A stretch of DNA of 62,110 bases, counting the filler, from Choristocarpus tenellus KU-1152 (lineage: Eukaryota > Protista > Phaeophyceae), in assembly GCA_964200185.2 (NCBI GenBank). It is 8 parts of 8 records of this genome, joined end to end, with 100 filler letters (N's around TTAATTAATTAA, not from the genome) between each part and the next. Parts side by side here need not be neighbours in the genome. Positions count along the whole stretch, not along the records: positions 1 to 19,967 come from CAXNAD020000427.1; positions 20,068 to 34,126 come from CAXNAD020001289.1; 6 more parts are not named here. One strand, written 5' to 3'. This document shows positions 14,306-26,900 of this stretch, one piece after another (within the stretch, counting starts at the first letter, position 1; each line of letters opens with the position of its first letter). The notes beneath the pieces were generated by a model, which saw only the letters and a program-made list of their open reading frames with translations, was not told the DNA's origin and made no database searches. A program made the translations under genes and the position numbers.

Positions 14306-14562
14306 GAGCCAAAGTATCTTAGAGGGTAGAGCCGCGTCCATTTGGGGGTCAAAATCCAATGTTGCAATTTGATGTAATTCTAGCTGCCGTGTTTGTTAGG
14401 AAGTGTCAATATCTATGTCTCGGACACACCTTCTCGCAACGTATACATTTTACCTACTTGGAAACATTTCGGAGTAGGAAAATGTCATAAAAAAACCATG
14501 GGAAGCCCAGCCCCAAATGGACAAACAGGGCAAATCTCGTACCCTCTAAGATACTTTCACTC
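14306..14562 (+). mobile_element. MITE family B copy, 257 bp, TSD AGAT
   Basis: Complete TIRs, with agat at 14302-14305 and 14563-14566. Confidence 0.9.
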
Positions 14563-17277
14563 AGATGCCAAAAATACAAGTCATGGCAATGACAGTTGGG
14601 GCAATGATGTTCACCACAAACAACTGTGCGTAAGTAGTAATGCATTTACAGAGATCTTGGACAGTCTTTACTCAGAGCTCTCCATGTCACCAAACACAAC
14701 ACCTCTTAGATTCCTAGGGTCAGCACAAACAGGGTGTTCACCTCCCTCAAACACCACATGATATAAAACATTTGCTGCGTATATCTATGATAGAGTAGCA
14801 ATTTACGTATCGTGCGGCTTTTAAGTCTAGACAAGAGCAGAGGAGAAGGACCACCTCGTGCAATACTCCGTCATACGTTAAACCCCAACCTACTATTGTA
14901 TGGACAAATAGTATACTTCTACGATGGAATGCAGGTGCTGCTCTGTTGCTAAGGTCTTGCCTTCAAAATTGTGCCTGATCTCTTTGTGTTTCTGCTCTAA
15001 ATAGTATGCCTAGAACTAAATTTAGGGCAAGGGCGAACCTGCGCTGTTGGTTGACTGATTTTGACTTCTTGCTCTTTTCTGGTCCCTTCTTGGTTGTCTT
15101 GTAAGCCGCCTTGTTCCCAGTGATGACACGGTTCCTAAAGATCAGAAATGGGGAGGGGTGGGAAAAGTTATGGAAATAAGCGGCAGCTACGCGCTCAAGG
15201 TCTAGTCCAAGAGCGCAGTGCACTCTCCTGGCGTTTATACATAGCGTAGTCGATCTACTCTAAAAATTGTCCGTTTGCTCTGGGTCGTCCTCCAGAACAA
15301 GGCGAGCATTGTGAGTTCTCGGTGCAGTGTACTAGGGAGGGGAAAACACGGTGCTAGGCAGTCGGATCTATGCCACAATGATTTACGCTAGGAAGGACAC
15401 ACCACTAAATACCTTATCTCCGCGCATGGTCAGGGAATTCTCACTAGTGGGATTGTGAGATTTTTGGGTGGAACAACAACAAGCAATAACTCGGAGGATG
15501 TCTGTCGGCAAGGCAAGAAAAACACAGATTAATGAAATAACGGGGCATGTTCAAAAGAGCAGCCAAGTGCTCTACAACTAAGCGATGGTATTTAGCTTAC
15601 TCCATAGTACTCGTGCAAGCCTTAATAGGTAGTCATGCCGGAGTGTAGCGATTATTTCGTCGTGTCATGGGACAAACAGGAGATCCCTTCTGTTTGCCTA
15701 GTGTGATTGTCACTTGTTGCAATAAGAAGTAGTAGACACTACCTTAAATTTCCACGGTACGCAACAACTACTGCTTGGTGTTGCGTGCATGTGTCTAGTG
15801 CTAGCAAAAGTCCCCGTAGAGGAAAACACACACATTTTGGGTGATATCGATCCAAGTTTTGAACTCCTACTATATCAAGACAAATAATCTAGAACTCTAG
15901 TAGTCGAATAACTGTCATGTGCTTTCTTCTTCCCTTTTCCAAGTCACCGCGGTGACTGCAGCTGGTAGGCTACAAGAGGGAGGACTGCGAAAGTGTTAAA
16001 TCATCACTCTTGTACAAGCGGTGGTCCCCCTCCTCACTCTCCACGGGAATAAAAGTGAATCTCACAATTGGTCTGCAAGGGATAATCGCCAACGATCGAA
16101 ACGATCTTTCTTGTTTCTTGCCAATCGATTTGAATGGAGGACAAGTTTGCAAAAGGGAAAAAAGCGTCATCGGTGGAGTAGACTTTATCGATTGCCGGAG
16201 ATGCTGCAAGTACAACTGAACAACCATCCATACACGGTAGAAATGAGATTCCGCCAACAAGATTCACGTTGCCCCCCACCACTACTGGGTTGTATGATGT
16301 CTATTTTGAACGGAAATATGTGTGCATTACCAGGGGAGTGATCCTTTAGTGGGGAATCCCTCAGATAATCGAAAATCGTTTCATCACCTCTTTCGTGTGC
16401 ACATTCGATTCATCTCTTCGAGAAGGGGATCGACTTTCCCGTGAAATCCCTTTGGAGTGGAGTGTTTACAACTTGATCTGTTTGTTGTTTTTTTGTTGAC
16501 ACTTACACTCTACGTTTTAACTTGTATAAATATTTATATTTTTTTCCTACACTATTTTCTTTTTAATCATATTTTCTAATAGAGTAATTATATATAATTC
16601 AATATAATATAATATAAATAAATAATTTAGTATTCTGTTCGGTTGAGCGATGGATGACCGATTCCTATCATACACTATTAGTTCGAAGTACGGAGTGATC
16701 CTGTACACAGAAAACAATTCACAGATAATTGTCAAGGAGAACCACGTACATATAGCATGATATCGAAGTTGTAGTCGTAAAGGGAATGCGGAAGAACACA
16801 GAAAAAATAGGATGTGTGTGTGTGTGAGTGTGTGTGTGTACCAAAAAGGCAGATCCATCCATCATCATCATCATCAGTCAAGTCCAAAGAGAGAAAAAAA
16901 CAAAGAAAAACACAATTCAAGGATCAGGTCCAACATGAAGGACTGAGACTGGTCAAACAAGGGATATTTACATGCACATGCACTTCAAATATCCAGGTTG
17001 AGCCCTAATACCCGCTTGATATAACCTACTACCATCAATGTCAGGAAGAGTATCCTATCAATAATAATAGTAGGCTAAAAGCAACCAAGGCCACTTTCGC
17101 GTGATCTGATGTGGATGCTTCAACCTCAGCGGTATGCCAGGTGCCCATGAGGTACATTGCTCCGAACTTCACATATCTTTTATCTGTGCGACTGGATACT
17201 GGACTCATTGCACTCACAAATCCAGTTCTCTTAAAGAGTCATTTTGTAAGATATGGGGTGGTTTGTGCGTTTTCTTT

Positions 17278-17535
17278 TAGTCAAAGTATCTTAGAGGGTA
17301 GAGTCAAGTCCGTTTGGTGACCAAAATCCAATATTGCGATATTGATATAATTTTGGCTATCGCGTTTGTTATGAAGTGCGAATATCCTTGTTCCGGACAC
17401 ACCTTTTCATAAAGCATACATTTTCCTACTCCAAAATGTTTCAGAGTAGGAAAAAGTAGAAAAAAAACTCGTAGAAAGTCAAGCCACAAACGTAAAAAAG
17501 GGGCAAAACTCGTACCCTCTAAGATACTTTCACTA
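17278..17535 (+). mobile_element. MITE family B copy
   Basis: Complete TIRs, colinear with the other copies. It abuts the LINE relic. Confidence 0.85.
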
Positions 17536-17544
17536 TTTGTTGGA

Positions 17545-18585
17545 CTCAATGCAGTGCTGTAGGAACGTGCAGCGTTGGATTCGAACCTAGGTGTAGTGGT
17601 GTTCACGTCACACGGCCATACATATAGGAGGGTCTCAAGCAATTCAGCTTTGAACATCTGGATCTTTACCTCAAGTGGTATACCTACTGTTTGATTTCAA
17701 CTCTTTGCTGTACTTTTTGGAGCGCCCCTATGCCTTCTAGATACGAAGGTGGATCTTGGTGGCGATATCATAATGCAAGTATTATCACCAAGCCAACCCC
17801 CAGTTGGACAAACTTGGCAGTCTGCTGATAACATTGTCCTCTAGCCTCAATCTATATTTCTTTTGCAGGTTTATTGGGGACCCAGGTATCTGTCTTTTTC
17901 TCTGATACTGTCAAATCTAAATACCTCACACACAGTGATGATATATTTTCTGATCAATTTATCTTGAGCCATTGACACAATGCCTGCATTACCAACATAC
18001 AACATACACCACAGAGCCAGCAAAAATGAAGGGCATCTCTTGGTGTCGTCCCCCAGCCTAAAGTCATACTGTTTCTTCTTACCTCTCCTGATGTACACAA
18101 AATTTTCTTCAGGGATACCTCCTTTGGTGCTAATCTCTCCAGTACTAGGTGTGGTAAGTACTGCACAGTAAAGAAGACACTATACTGCAATGGGGTGAGA
18201 AGACATCCCTGATGGAGACGTTGTTCGGCACTCAATCACTCCAAGTATTCCCCATCGTGCATCATCTACACAAAGTTCGACCTCGTGATGTGGAATTGCT
18301 GGGAGGATCAAAACAGTCTTACATGACATACAACACTTGACCAGTGCTGTCCATCAGAGGTCTTGATTGACAGAGTCATATGCCTTCTGCAAGCCAACAA
18401 AAAACATACATGAAAGGGACCTTTCTTCTCGCAGTAGCAAAATCAGTATATAAAAAGGAGATACCATGGATGAAATTTGGGCTTTAAACCCCATTGACAG
18501 TAGAACTCTTTTCCTGGGAAAATGAACGGTTTCGATTATCCCAATTCCATTGGGCAAGTACTGTAGTAAAATTGTACCCATGCAA
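17545..18585 (-). mobile_element. Decayed non-LTR retrotransposon (LINE, RTE-like) reverse transcriptase fragment
   Basis: Frameshifted RT motifs FVGLQKAYDSV (FxDLxKAYDSV), EQRLHQGCLLTPL (GLRQGCxLSP), MLYVGNAGIVS (LYADD), and downstream KAELLETLLY. Confidence 0.85.
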
Positions 18586-18810
18586 TATCCTGTTTCTCTC
18601 CGGCTATATATCTCTATGCCACTAAAACACTGGACCGAGAATGAGGTGACAGTGCTTTATTGGTGACTAACGCCAAGGTAGGTGTTTCATCCCCACAAGA
18701 TTCAAAGGAGGAGAGGTGGAGCGACGATCGGTGGAATGACGTAACCTAATGCGCAAGAAGCAAGGCACGATCAGAGCCAGTACAATTAATTTGTCATTGT
18801 GCCACTACAT

Positions 18811-18977
18811 GGCTCAAGGTATCTGGGGTGGTGGCGGCAGCTGTCCATTTGGGAGCAGTTTTTTCATGTCGCGATTTTTGAGTGCTTTTGTTGCATACGT
18901 GGATGGATGATGTAAATGCACTTTTCCTGATTTTGACCCAAATGGACACCCTGGTGGTGTAGATACCCCCCCCCCCC
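18811..18977 (+). mobile_element. MITE family A copy, right TIR incomplete
   Basis: Colinear with 517-697. Confidence 0.75.
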
Positions 18978-19472
18978 TTCTCATAATTCAAATCCAACAA
19001 GTGTTCTGTCATTTACTGTTTCTATTTTCTTGCGTCCAAATATATATACTACAAGTAAGGTTGGTGTATTAGAAGTATTTTACTGTAAGCAAATACGTAA
19101 CTCTGTTATATGTCGTTGTGTTGATTTGTTGCATTATCTCGATTGCATATGATATTGCTTCTTGTTCCCTCCATAACAACATCTACAAAATTGTCTGTGA
19201 GAATAATAATAGATGGACTCTCTTGAAACAAAAAAAGACTCGATTGTTGTGCTTTGTGTCTTATTTGCTTTTTTAAGTTTTCTCTTTTTCCCTACGCAAC
19301 AACCCAAACGTTAGTGGGCATAATAATACTAAAACTAGCGTTAGAAATATATTTAACGAAGATTTGCAAAATGTACGGGCATACGATGCCTCTTTTCTTT
19401 GACTATTAATGACTGATTCGAGTTCTGATTTTGTATTTGACATCAGGGAGCAAGTACCTACAGATGGGTATA

Positions 19473-19660
19473 GTAGTTGCCATATCCGACAAATCGTCCA
19501 AAAGTTGGAAATAAACACTGAAGACCTGTACCATATAAAGACGAAGTAAGTAGAGTCCAGTAGTATTTTTATTATTATGCCCTCTGACATTTTACAGATG
19601 TATGTGTCAGGGGGGAAACCAATGAAAACTATATGTATGTCGTTATTAGCCCTAAAGAAA
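19473..19660 (+). repeat. Dispersed repeat shared with 62020-62110
   Basis: ATTTTTATTATTATGCCCTCTGACATTTT..GGGGAAACCAATGAAAACTATAT..GTCGTTATTAGCCCTAAAG occurs in contigs 1 and 8, with its start also at 61862. Confidence 0.75.
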
Positions 19661-19967
19661 TAAAATAGGAGTAGTATCAAATTTTAAACAAATATATGTA
19701 ACGATGTTAGAGTTTATTTTAGTTATATTTGCTACATAACGTTACATTTGTTAGCTCTAAGATGAAGATTTGCACAAAAATGATAAAATTCAGCTTTCGA
19801 GTAAACGTAGTTGAGAGGTAGGCAAGTTTCCTTTTTTGCATTCTTAGTCATTGTTGTAACCCAGATGTGGGTCAAAGTATCTGGGGGGGAGGTGTCGGCG
19901 TCCGTTTTTCACCCTTTTTCGATTTTCACTTTTTTGGTGTGATTAGTCGCACGTGTCGGATTTGAAA

Positions 19968-20067
19968 NNNNNNNNNNNNNNNNNNNNNNNNNNNNNNNNN
20001 NNNNNNNNNNNTTAATTAATTAANNNNNNNNNNNNNNNNNNNNNNNNNNNNNNNNNNNNNNNNNNNN
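19968..20067. other. Artificial contig linker (also 34127-34226, 44552-44651, 47387-47486, 50248-50347, 53033-53132, 56083-56182)
   Basis: Seven identical blocks of 44 N + TTAATTAATTAA + 44 N; the core gives stops in all six frames. Confidence 0.97.
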
Positions 20068-20080
20068 ATACATACATACA

Positions 20081-20114
<34 letters not shown>

Positions 20115-20125
20115 CATACATACAT
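20068..20125. repeat. (ATAC)n microsatellite at a contig start
   Basis: Direct reading. Confidence 0.95.
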
Positions 20126-20740
20126 AAATGTGTATGTACATATATGTGATGTTGTCTAGTGCATCAGCAAAGGAAGTGCCCATGTGTGTTACGGGCTCTC
20201 AGTGGTGAACACGTGTCAATGTCTTCAATGTCAATGTCTTCAATGATGTATTTTCGCCCTTTTAACTTTTTAATTTTTTAATTTGGACCTCAGACATTTT
20301 TTTTAATCCTTGTGAAATGTTTGTTCTAACTGTTGTTTTGCAGAGGAAATACATACTACGTATATATTATATTAATGTAACTTTTTGAAATATGAAAATT
20401 TGATAATTGTAGTGTTAATTGTAGTGTTATGGTGTATAGTTTGGGACTCTATGTATTGTAGACCTTCATTTTTCCTTATATGTAGTCCTTAGTTAGAAAG
20501 TTGTGTAGTCACAATCTTCTTGTTTGGCTCTTAGGGGTTAGGGTTAGGGTTAGTGCGTTGATACTCCTCTTTTCATCTGAACATTGATTTTTCTTTTTTT
20601 TCAATGGGGACTATGTTGTTCACTGTGTTTTCTTATGTATGATGTCCTGGAAGATTCTGTTTGTGTTTGATTATCTATGACTTATTAATTTTTTTTGTAT
20701 GTTGTACTGATTTTCATTTTTGGGGGGGTGGGGGGCGGGG

Positions 20741-20781
<41 letters not shown>

Positions 20782-20963
20782 TCTTTTTTTTTTTGTTTGT
20801 TTTTATTTTTTTTTAATTTGATTGGTGGTGGTGACCTTCATAATGCGGAAGTCCGTNNNNNNNNNNTTTTTTTTTTTGTTTTTTTTTTTTTTTTTTTTTT
20901 TTTGGTGTGTGGTGGGCTGGGGGTTTTTTTTTTTTTTTTTTTTTTTAATTATTTGATTGTCAG

Positions 20964-23900
20964 ACATGCAGATGTTGGAAGCAGTGACGCTTCAGCAAAG
21001 AGATGCGTGGAGGAGACCCTCAAGAAGCCGGAGGCACTCAATCTCAGGTATTAGGGTAGTACTGTTGATTTGTAGATTGTGCATAGTATGGTGTGATTAG
21101 CTGAAATGTGTGTTTGTGAAGGAATAAAGAGGGTCTGTTGGGGTAGATTTTTTTGTGTATAACTTTATGTATGTTTGAAGTTGTGGGTACAGTTTGGATG
21201 GGCAATAGAGTTGATGTTAAGGCGTTATTATATTTTGTTGATAGTAGTAGTAAAATAGTAGTAGTAGTAGTAGTAGTGATGGTAGTAGTAGCAGAAGTGG
21301 TAGTAGTAGTAGTAGTAGTGATGGTAGTAGTAGCAGAAGTGATGGTAGTAGTAGTAGAAGTGTTGGTAGTAATAGTAGTGGTAGTGGTAGTGGTAGTAGT
21401 AGTACCAAAGTATGGTATGTTGTGGACCACTTTTGGTGCTTGTTCTTTTGAGCATCTTTTGATAGTTTGATCAGTTTGTAGGGTAGACTAAAGTGTATAA
21501 GTTGATTAAACTGTGATGGTGGGCATAGCAAGAATATGTCCATGCTTATCACAAGGAGTATGAGTTTGATCATTTTGGTATCAGTCTCTTTGGGGATGAA
21601 GTAATGGTTGGGATGTTTAGCAGTCATATCAATGCATCTTGAGGGATATGTGTGTATGTATGTGTGCATGTATGCTGGAATGCCGTGTTTTTCTTGTTTA
21701 TAGTGTATGTGTGTGTGTGTTTTATGTGTGTTTTATGTGTACATAAGAATATCAGAAGAGTTTGCAATTTCTGATCATGCTACTGGTGTGTGTTCATGTG
21801 AGTCAACCATCTCTAACAAATGGGTACTTAAGGTGGTACCTACTGGGTGTGACTATTATTTTCATTATTGTGGTGACTATTGTGTTCCTCAAGGATCATT
21901 TGTCAGGTAGGGTTGTGCAATGATTGTGGCTCACAAACTACAGGTTAGGGTTAGGGTTGTGTAAAAATATATACTTTGATTGTTGAGTGATCCTCTCCTA
22001 CTGTAAATTATAATAATGTTAGTACCATAATAATAGTAAGGGTTAGGGTTAGGGTTAGGATGTGTTGAAGGTTGATGTAGGTCATGTATATGCATAGATA
22101 CATCATATGCTAACTATGACTATGTATTGGCTAGGGTTAGGGTTAGGGTTAGGGTTAGCGATATTAATGATGCCTTCAAAAAGCGTGTTTTATAAAAAAT
22201 AGTTTGTACGCCACGAAAATGGTGAAATTTCCTAGGGTTAGGGTTAGACTGCTACTGTCGGGTATGAACCTCTTGTAGTATGTATATTTGATTGGTTGAG
22301 ATAGAGCTGGTGTTCTGAATGGTGTAGATGAAGCCACATCTGGCATGTCCAGCCTTTTGCTGTAATGCAATGCAACGACTAACCCTAACCTTAACCCCAA
22401 CTGATAAATTACTTTTCTTTGCAAATACTTCCTCACAGTGACCTGGACAGTGCATTTGATGTGGATCCTATCTTCAGTAAGATGGCCAAGACCTTTGATG
22501 AGGCAGGATCCAAGTATGTGGCAGTTGTGGTTCATTTTTAATTTTTTGTTATTATTAATTTTTATTTATGATATTGATTTATGATACAGATTTATGATAT
22601 AGATTCATGATATTGATTTATGATATAGATTCATGATATTGATTTATGTTTTTTTAGTGGTCTTAATGGTTTGGTGTAGCTTTTGTGTTTTACATTTTTT
22701 ATATATTTTATGTCTTGGCCATTGTTTGCATGCTCTTTCCTATTATTTTGTACTTGAGATTGAAGTGAGTGTAGATGCATCTAACTACATCATTAACTTC
22801 TTGATTCTCGTTTTTAATATATATATTTTGTTTTTAGTGCCCACGTTTGTGTAGTGTGTAGTGTCCTCTGTACCATATGGTATATATGTTGTTAGTAGTA
22901 GTATGTAAGTAGCATGATAGTAACATGTTAGTAGTATGGTAGTAGTATGTATTTGGTAGCATGTTTTGCACTGTTTTTTTTGTAAATATTTATTTTATCT
23001 TTGTATTTCATAGAGAATCATGCTTTAGTATTGCAAATATATTACTAAATTTTAAAAATATTTTTCTAGTAGTCACGGTAGTATTGTTTCTTAGGGTTAG
23101 GGTTAGGGTTAGGGTTACTTCTGACATAATGCAAACACTGTGATGGGGGAGAACAAGCATGCAGGAGAGCATATTATCACCCTCTGAATTAATTCTAATT
23201 CTATGCTTCTTCATCCACATATGAATATTGAAATTTGATATTATTTGATGTGATGTAATGTAATGTATTGTATGCAGGGGCATGCTGTTGAACAACCTGT
23301 GCGTGAGTGATGGGTGCAGGGTTTCATTTGATTCGAAGGCGGTTATGACTGAGGAGGGGAAAGAAGAACAGAATGAGGTGACCACTGAACAAGTGCAATG
23401 GAGAAGGGAGGAAGGGGATGTTTTTAAGGGGATGTTATAAAGTTGGATACGGGGTGTTGGTTTGTTTATTGTTTTTGTTTTTTGAGAGGAGGATAGTTCC
23501 TGTTGATCTCTCTTGCATGTATGATAAGAGTTGAGGTAGGAACTCATTGAGCCTCTCAGGCATTGGTCTGTGGTGGGTTGATAGTTTATTCCATGAGGAA
23601 GTTATCATATTTGTGTAAGTTCAACCAATAGCACTGATTGTATTGAAATAATCTAACCCTAACCCTAACCTCTGATTTTATTTTTTTTGTGAGTTGTGGG
23701 AAAAATTTAAGAGTATGAAGAACCTTTGGGTTTAGGGTTAGGTTGGGGGATTCCTGTTGAGCTTTAATTAAAATATAGATCTATATTTATCCTTTTCTAC
23801 CTATTCTTGTTGACTACATGGCTGTGTTTTTTATTTTGTTTTTTTATTGAGGTTTAATCTGTAAGTTGTAGTGTAATAGTGAGGAATAGGGTTAGGGTTT

Positions 23901-26900
23901 GGGTTAGGTCCAATCTGTAAGTTATTGTAGTATAATAGTAAGGAATAAAGAATAAGAAATGATACACCCCAATGGGAGGCATGCCAAGATCAGAGAAGTT
24001 TCAAGTTTTAATTAACCTTTCTGTGTGTTAGTGGTGATATGCAGTAGGCACCCTGGTGTTGGTCTTCATGACATTGATTGATTGATTGATGGATGGATTG
24101 ATTGGATTAGGGTTAGGGTTAGGGTTAGAAGGCTTTTACTCGTGTAGAACTCGATTTCTCTGATTAGATAGAATCACGGCCTTTTTCTTATTGCACTCCA
24201 GGGTACTGTGATGACAGTTGTGATATTGTGATGGCAGTTACAGAACTGTGATGACAGTTACAGTACTGTGATGACGGTTACAGAACTGTGATGACAGTTA
24301 CAGTACTGTGATGACGGTTACAGAACTGTGATGACAGTTACAGAACTATGATGACAGTTACAGTACTGTGATGACAGTTACAATACTGTGATGACAGTTA
24401 CAGTACAGCGATGACAGTTACAGTACTGTGATGACAGTTACAATACTGTGATGACAGTTACAGTACAGCGATGACAGTAACAGTACAGCGATGACAGTTA
24501 CAGTACAGCGATGACAGTTACAGTACTCTGATGACAGTTACAATACTGTGATGACAGTTACAGTACAGCGATGACAGTTACAGTACAGCGATGACAGTTA
24601 CAGTACAGCGATGACAGTTACAGTACAGCGATGACAGTTACAGTACAGCGATGACGGTTACAGAACTATGATGACAGTTACAGTACAGCGATGACGGTTA
24701 CAGAACTAACCTAACCCTTACAGTACCGTGATGACAGTTACAATGCTGTGATGACAGTTACAGTACAGCGATGACAGTGGTGTGCTTTGATGCCCCTGGT
24801 TGGATTTGTTTTGAGTGATCCGATTGGGTGTTCCAGTGAGAAGTTGTTTTGCTGTGAGTTTACTGCTGTTAGATTTTTTAGTGCATGATTTGTAGTATAG
24901 ATTCTAATTGTGAAAAAGTGAAGTTTTGCTTTTTTCTTCTTGAGTTGATTAATTTACCTTGATAACATCTGGAAAATATCAATGGGCTGAAATACTTGCA
25001 GGTCCAGTTTCTAGAAGTAACCCTAACCCTATCCCTATCCCTAAGTACTATATAATGTGATAGTGGTATCAGAGGGGAGGATTGAGTTGGGAGGGGGTGT
25101 ATGTGAAGGTGTGTAGCGGGGGGGGGGTGTAGTTACGATTTCTAAGTCCTCAGTTTGTATGATAGAGGCATTTAGAGGACAAGGTGAAGAGCCTGTATTT
25201 CTTGATTTTCTCTTTTTTGTGTTGGTCCATGGGTTAGGGTTAGGGTCAGATGGTGCGTTTTTTATCCTATTTTAATGTGAGATTTCTAATGTTTGGGATA
25301 GGGTTAGGGAAGGTGAACATTGTCATGAAAAGGTACACTCGACAATATCAGGTACGCCTGAAAATGAAGACGACATTGTGATACAAAATGGTACACATTG
25401 ATGTGTATAGAATCTTACGTTGTACTAATATTAATTGAATCTCCCTATGTCCAGGGAGATGGAGAAAGTGTTAGGAGGGTCTCCAGTGGTGTTGGTAATG
25501 CAGGTGATGAGGTGTTGGTAGCATCTGGCAAGGCGGTGATGGTCGATGTTTCTGGACTGCGTCTGAAGCTGACGTCCTTGTTGGATAATCTTTCTACAGA
25601 TCTTTCGGTAAGAACACATTTGTGTGTTTTATGTGTAACACATTTGTGTGCTATATGTCTAACACCTTGGTGTCTTCTATATCCATGTATAACACCTTAG
25701 TTTCTTGGGTTAGTATGTGTAAGATGTTACTCTGATTTAGGCCCTGTCTCACAGTGTAGTAATGTTTGGTTATCATTAATTTAACTATTGTGGAAGTATG
25801 GTGTGGTTTTCAAGGGTTAGGGGTTCATACATACAACGTTGATTTGTATCCTGATACTTTTTTTCCTGAGAGAGTGACTATGTCCAGGTAATAGAGTTAG
25901 GGTTGCCATACCTGACAAATCGTTTAAAATATGTTTTTTTTTCTGTGACTATACAATATAGATTGCAAACTTGAAGCTGCAAAACCTAGTATAGGACTCT
26001 TTTTTTCTCATTTCTAAAGTTTGTTACATGTTAAACATCCACAAAATAGATTTGGTTTGTTTTTTCAGTTACTTGTCGGATATGGTGACCAATCATTTAA
26101 GTCGGATATGGCAATCCATCATTTTACTCACATGTAGGTACTAACTTACTGACACTGAACCAAGAATTGGAATACCATTCAGCCACACAGTATAGTTTGG
26201 GGTTAGGATTTATGGGGACCAAAGTTTTGTACGCTGGAAGAGGCGGTGCTGAGAGTCAGACTTACATTTGCCCGAAAGGATGACAAGAAGAGGAAAAAGA
26301 AGTTGTGCCAGTGGTAGTTGAATGGTTAGTTGAATGGAGGGGTGTTGCCTTCCATTGGTGTGTGTGGTCTTTGATAGTTTTTTTTAAATAGTGTTTTATA
26401 CATATTTGTTGTTTCTATGACAGTTACAACAATGGTTGTGTTATTTTTTACTATATGTACTACCTGAAAGGTATTTATTTATTTGTAATATGAAGAGAGT
26501 AAAAATGCGTATAAGGGTTTTGACAGACTGCAGGCATATTGAGGGTTAGGGTTGGTTTGTGTTGATAGTTGTGTTGCGTCTCCTTATTTCTTACGAGAAT
26601 TTTCTGATATATTTTGTTTACAGTAATTTACTTATTATATGAAAAGGTTACAGGTGCAAGCAGTAGAAATTTTCTTTTTTATGTAGGATATTTTTCTTAT
26701 CGGCAAATAAAGATAAAAAATTTGTTATAAAATTAAACATATAATTAAATATTAATTTGAAAACAATACTACAATATTACGTTTAAATTTTTTATTATTT
26801 GAAAGGATAATTTCCATCTATTTGTGCTGAGCATCTGCTTTGAGCAGGGTGAATTGGTCAGATGAGAATTCCCTGTGAGCAAAGATGACTTGAGCTCTTG

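Noticed and set aside
20012-20023. Recurrent TTAATTAATTAA palindrome as a biological motif
   Set aside because: Always centred in exactly 44+44 N: an artificial six-frame stop linker.
21044-21669. Poly-T, poly-V, poly-Y and poly-L ORFs (also 26937-27313 tails and the 30410-30727 LGLG/RVRV ORF)
   Set aside because: Translations of intronic microsatellites and telomeric tracts.
24201-24778. CRISPR-like regular array
   Set aside because: Contiguous 20-bp units with no unique spacers, in a eukaryotic intron, with no cas genes: a minisatellite.
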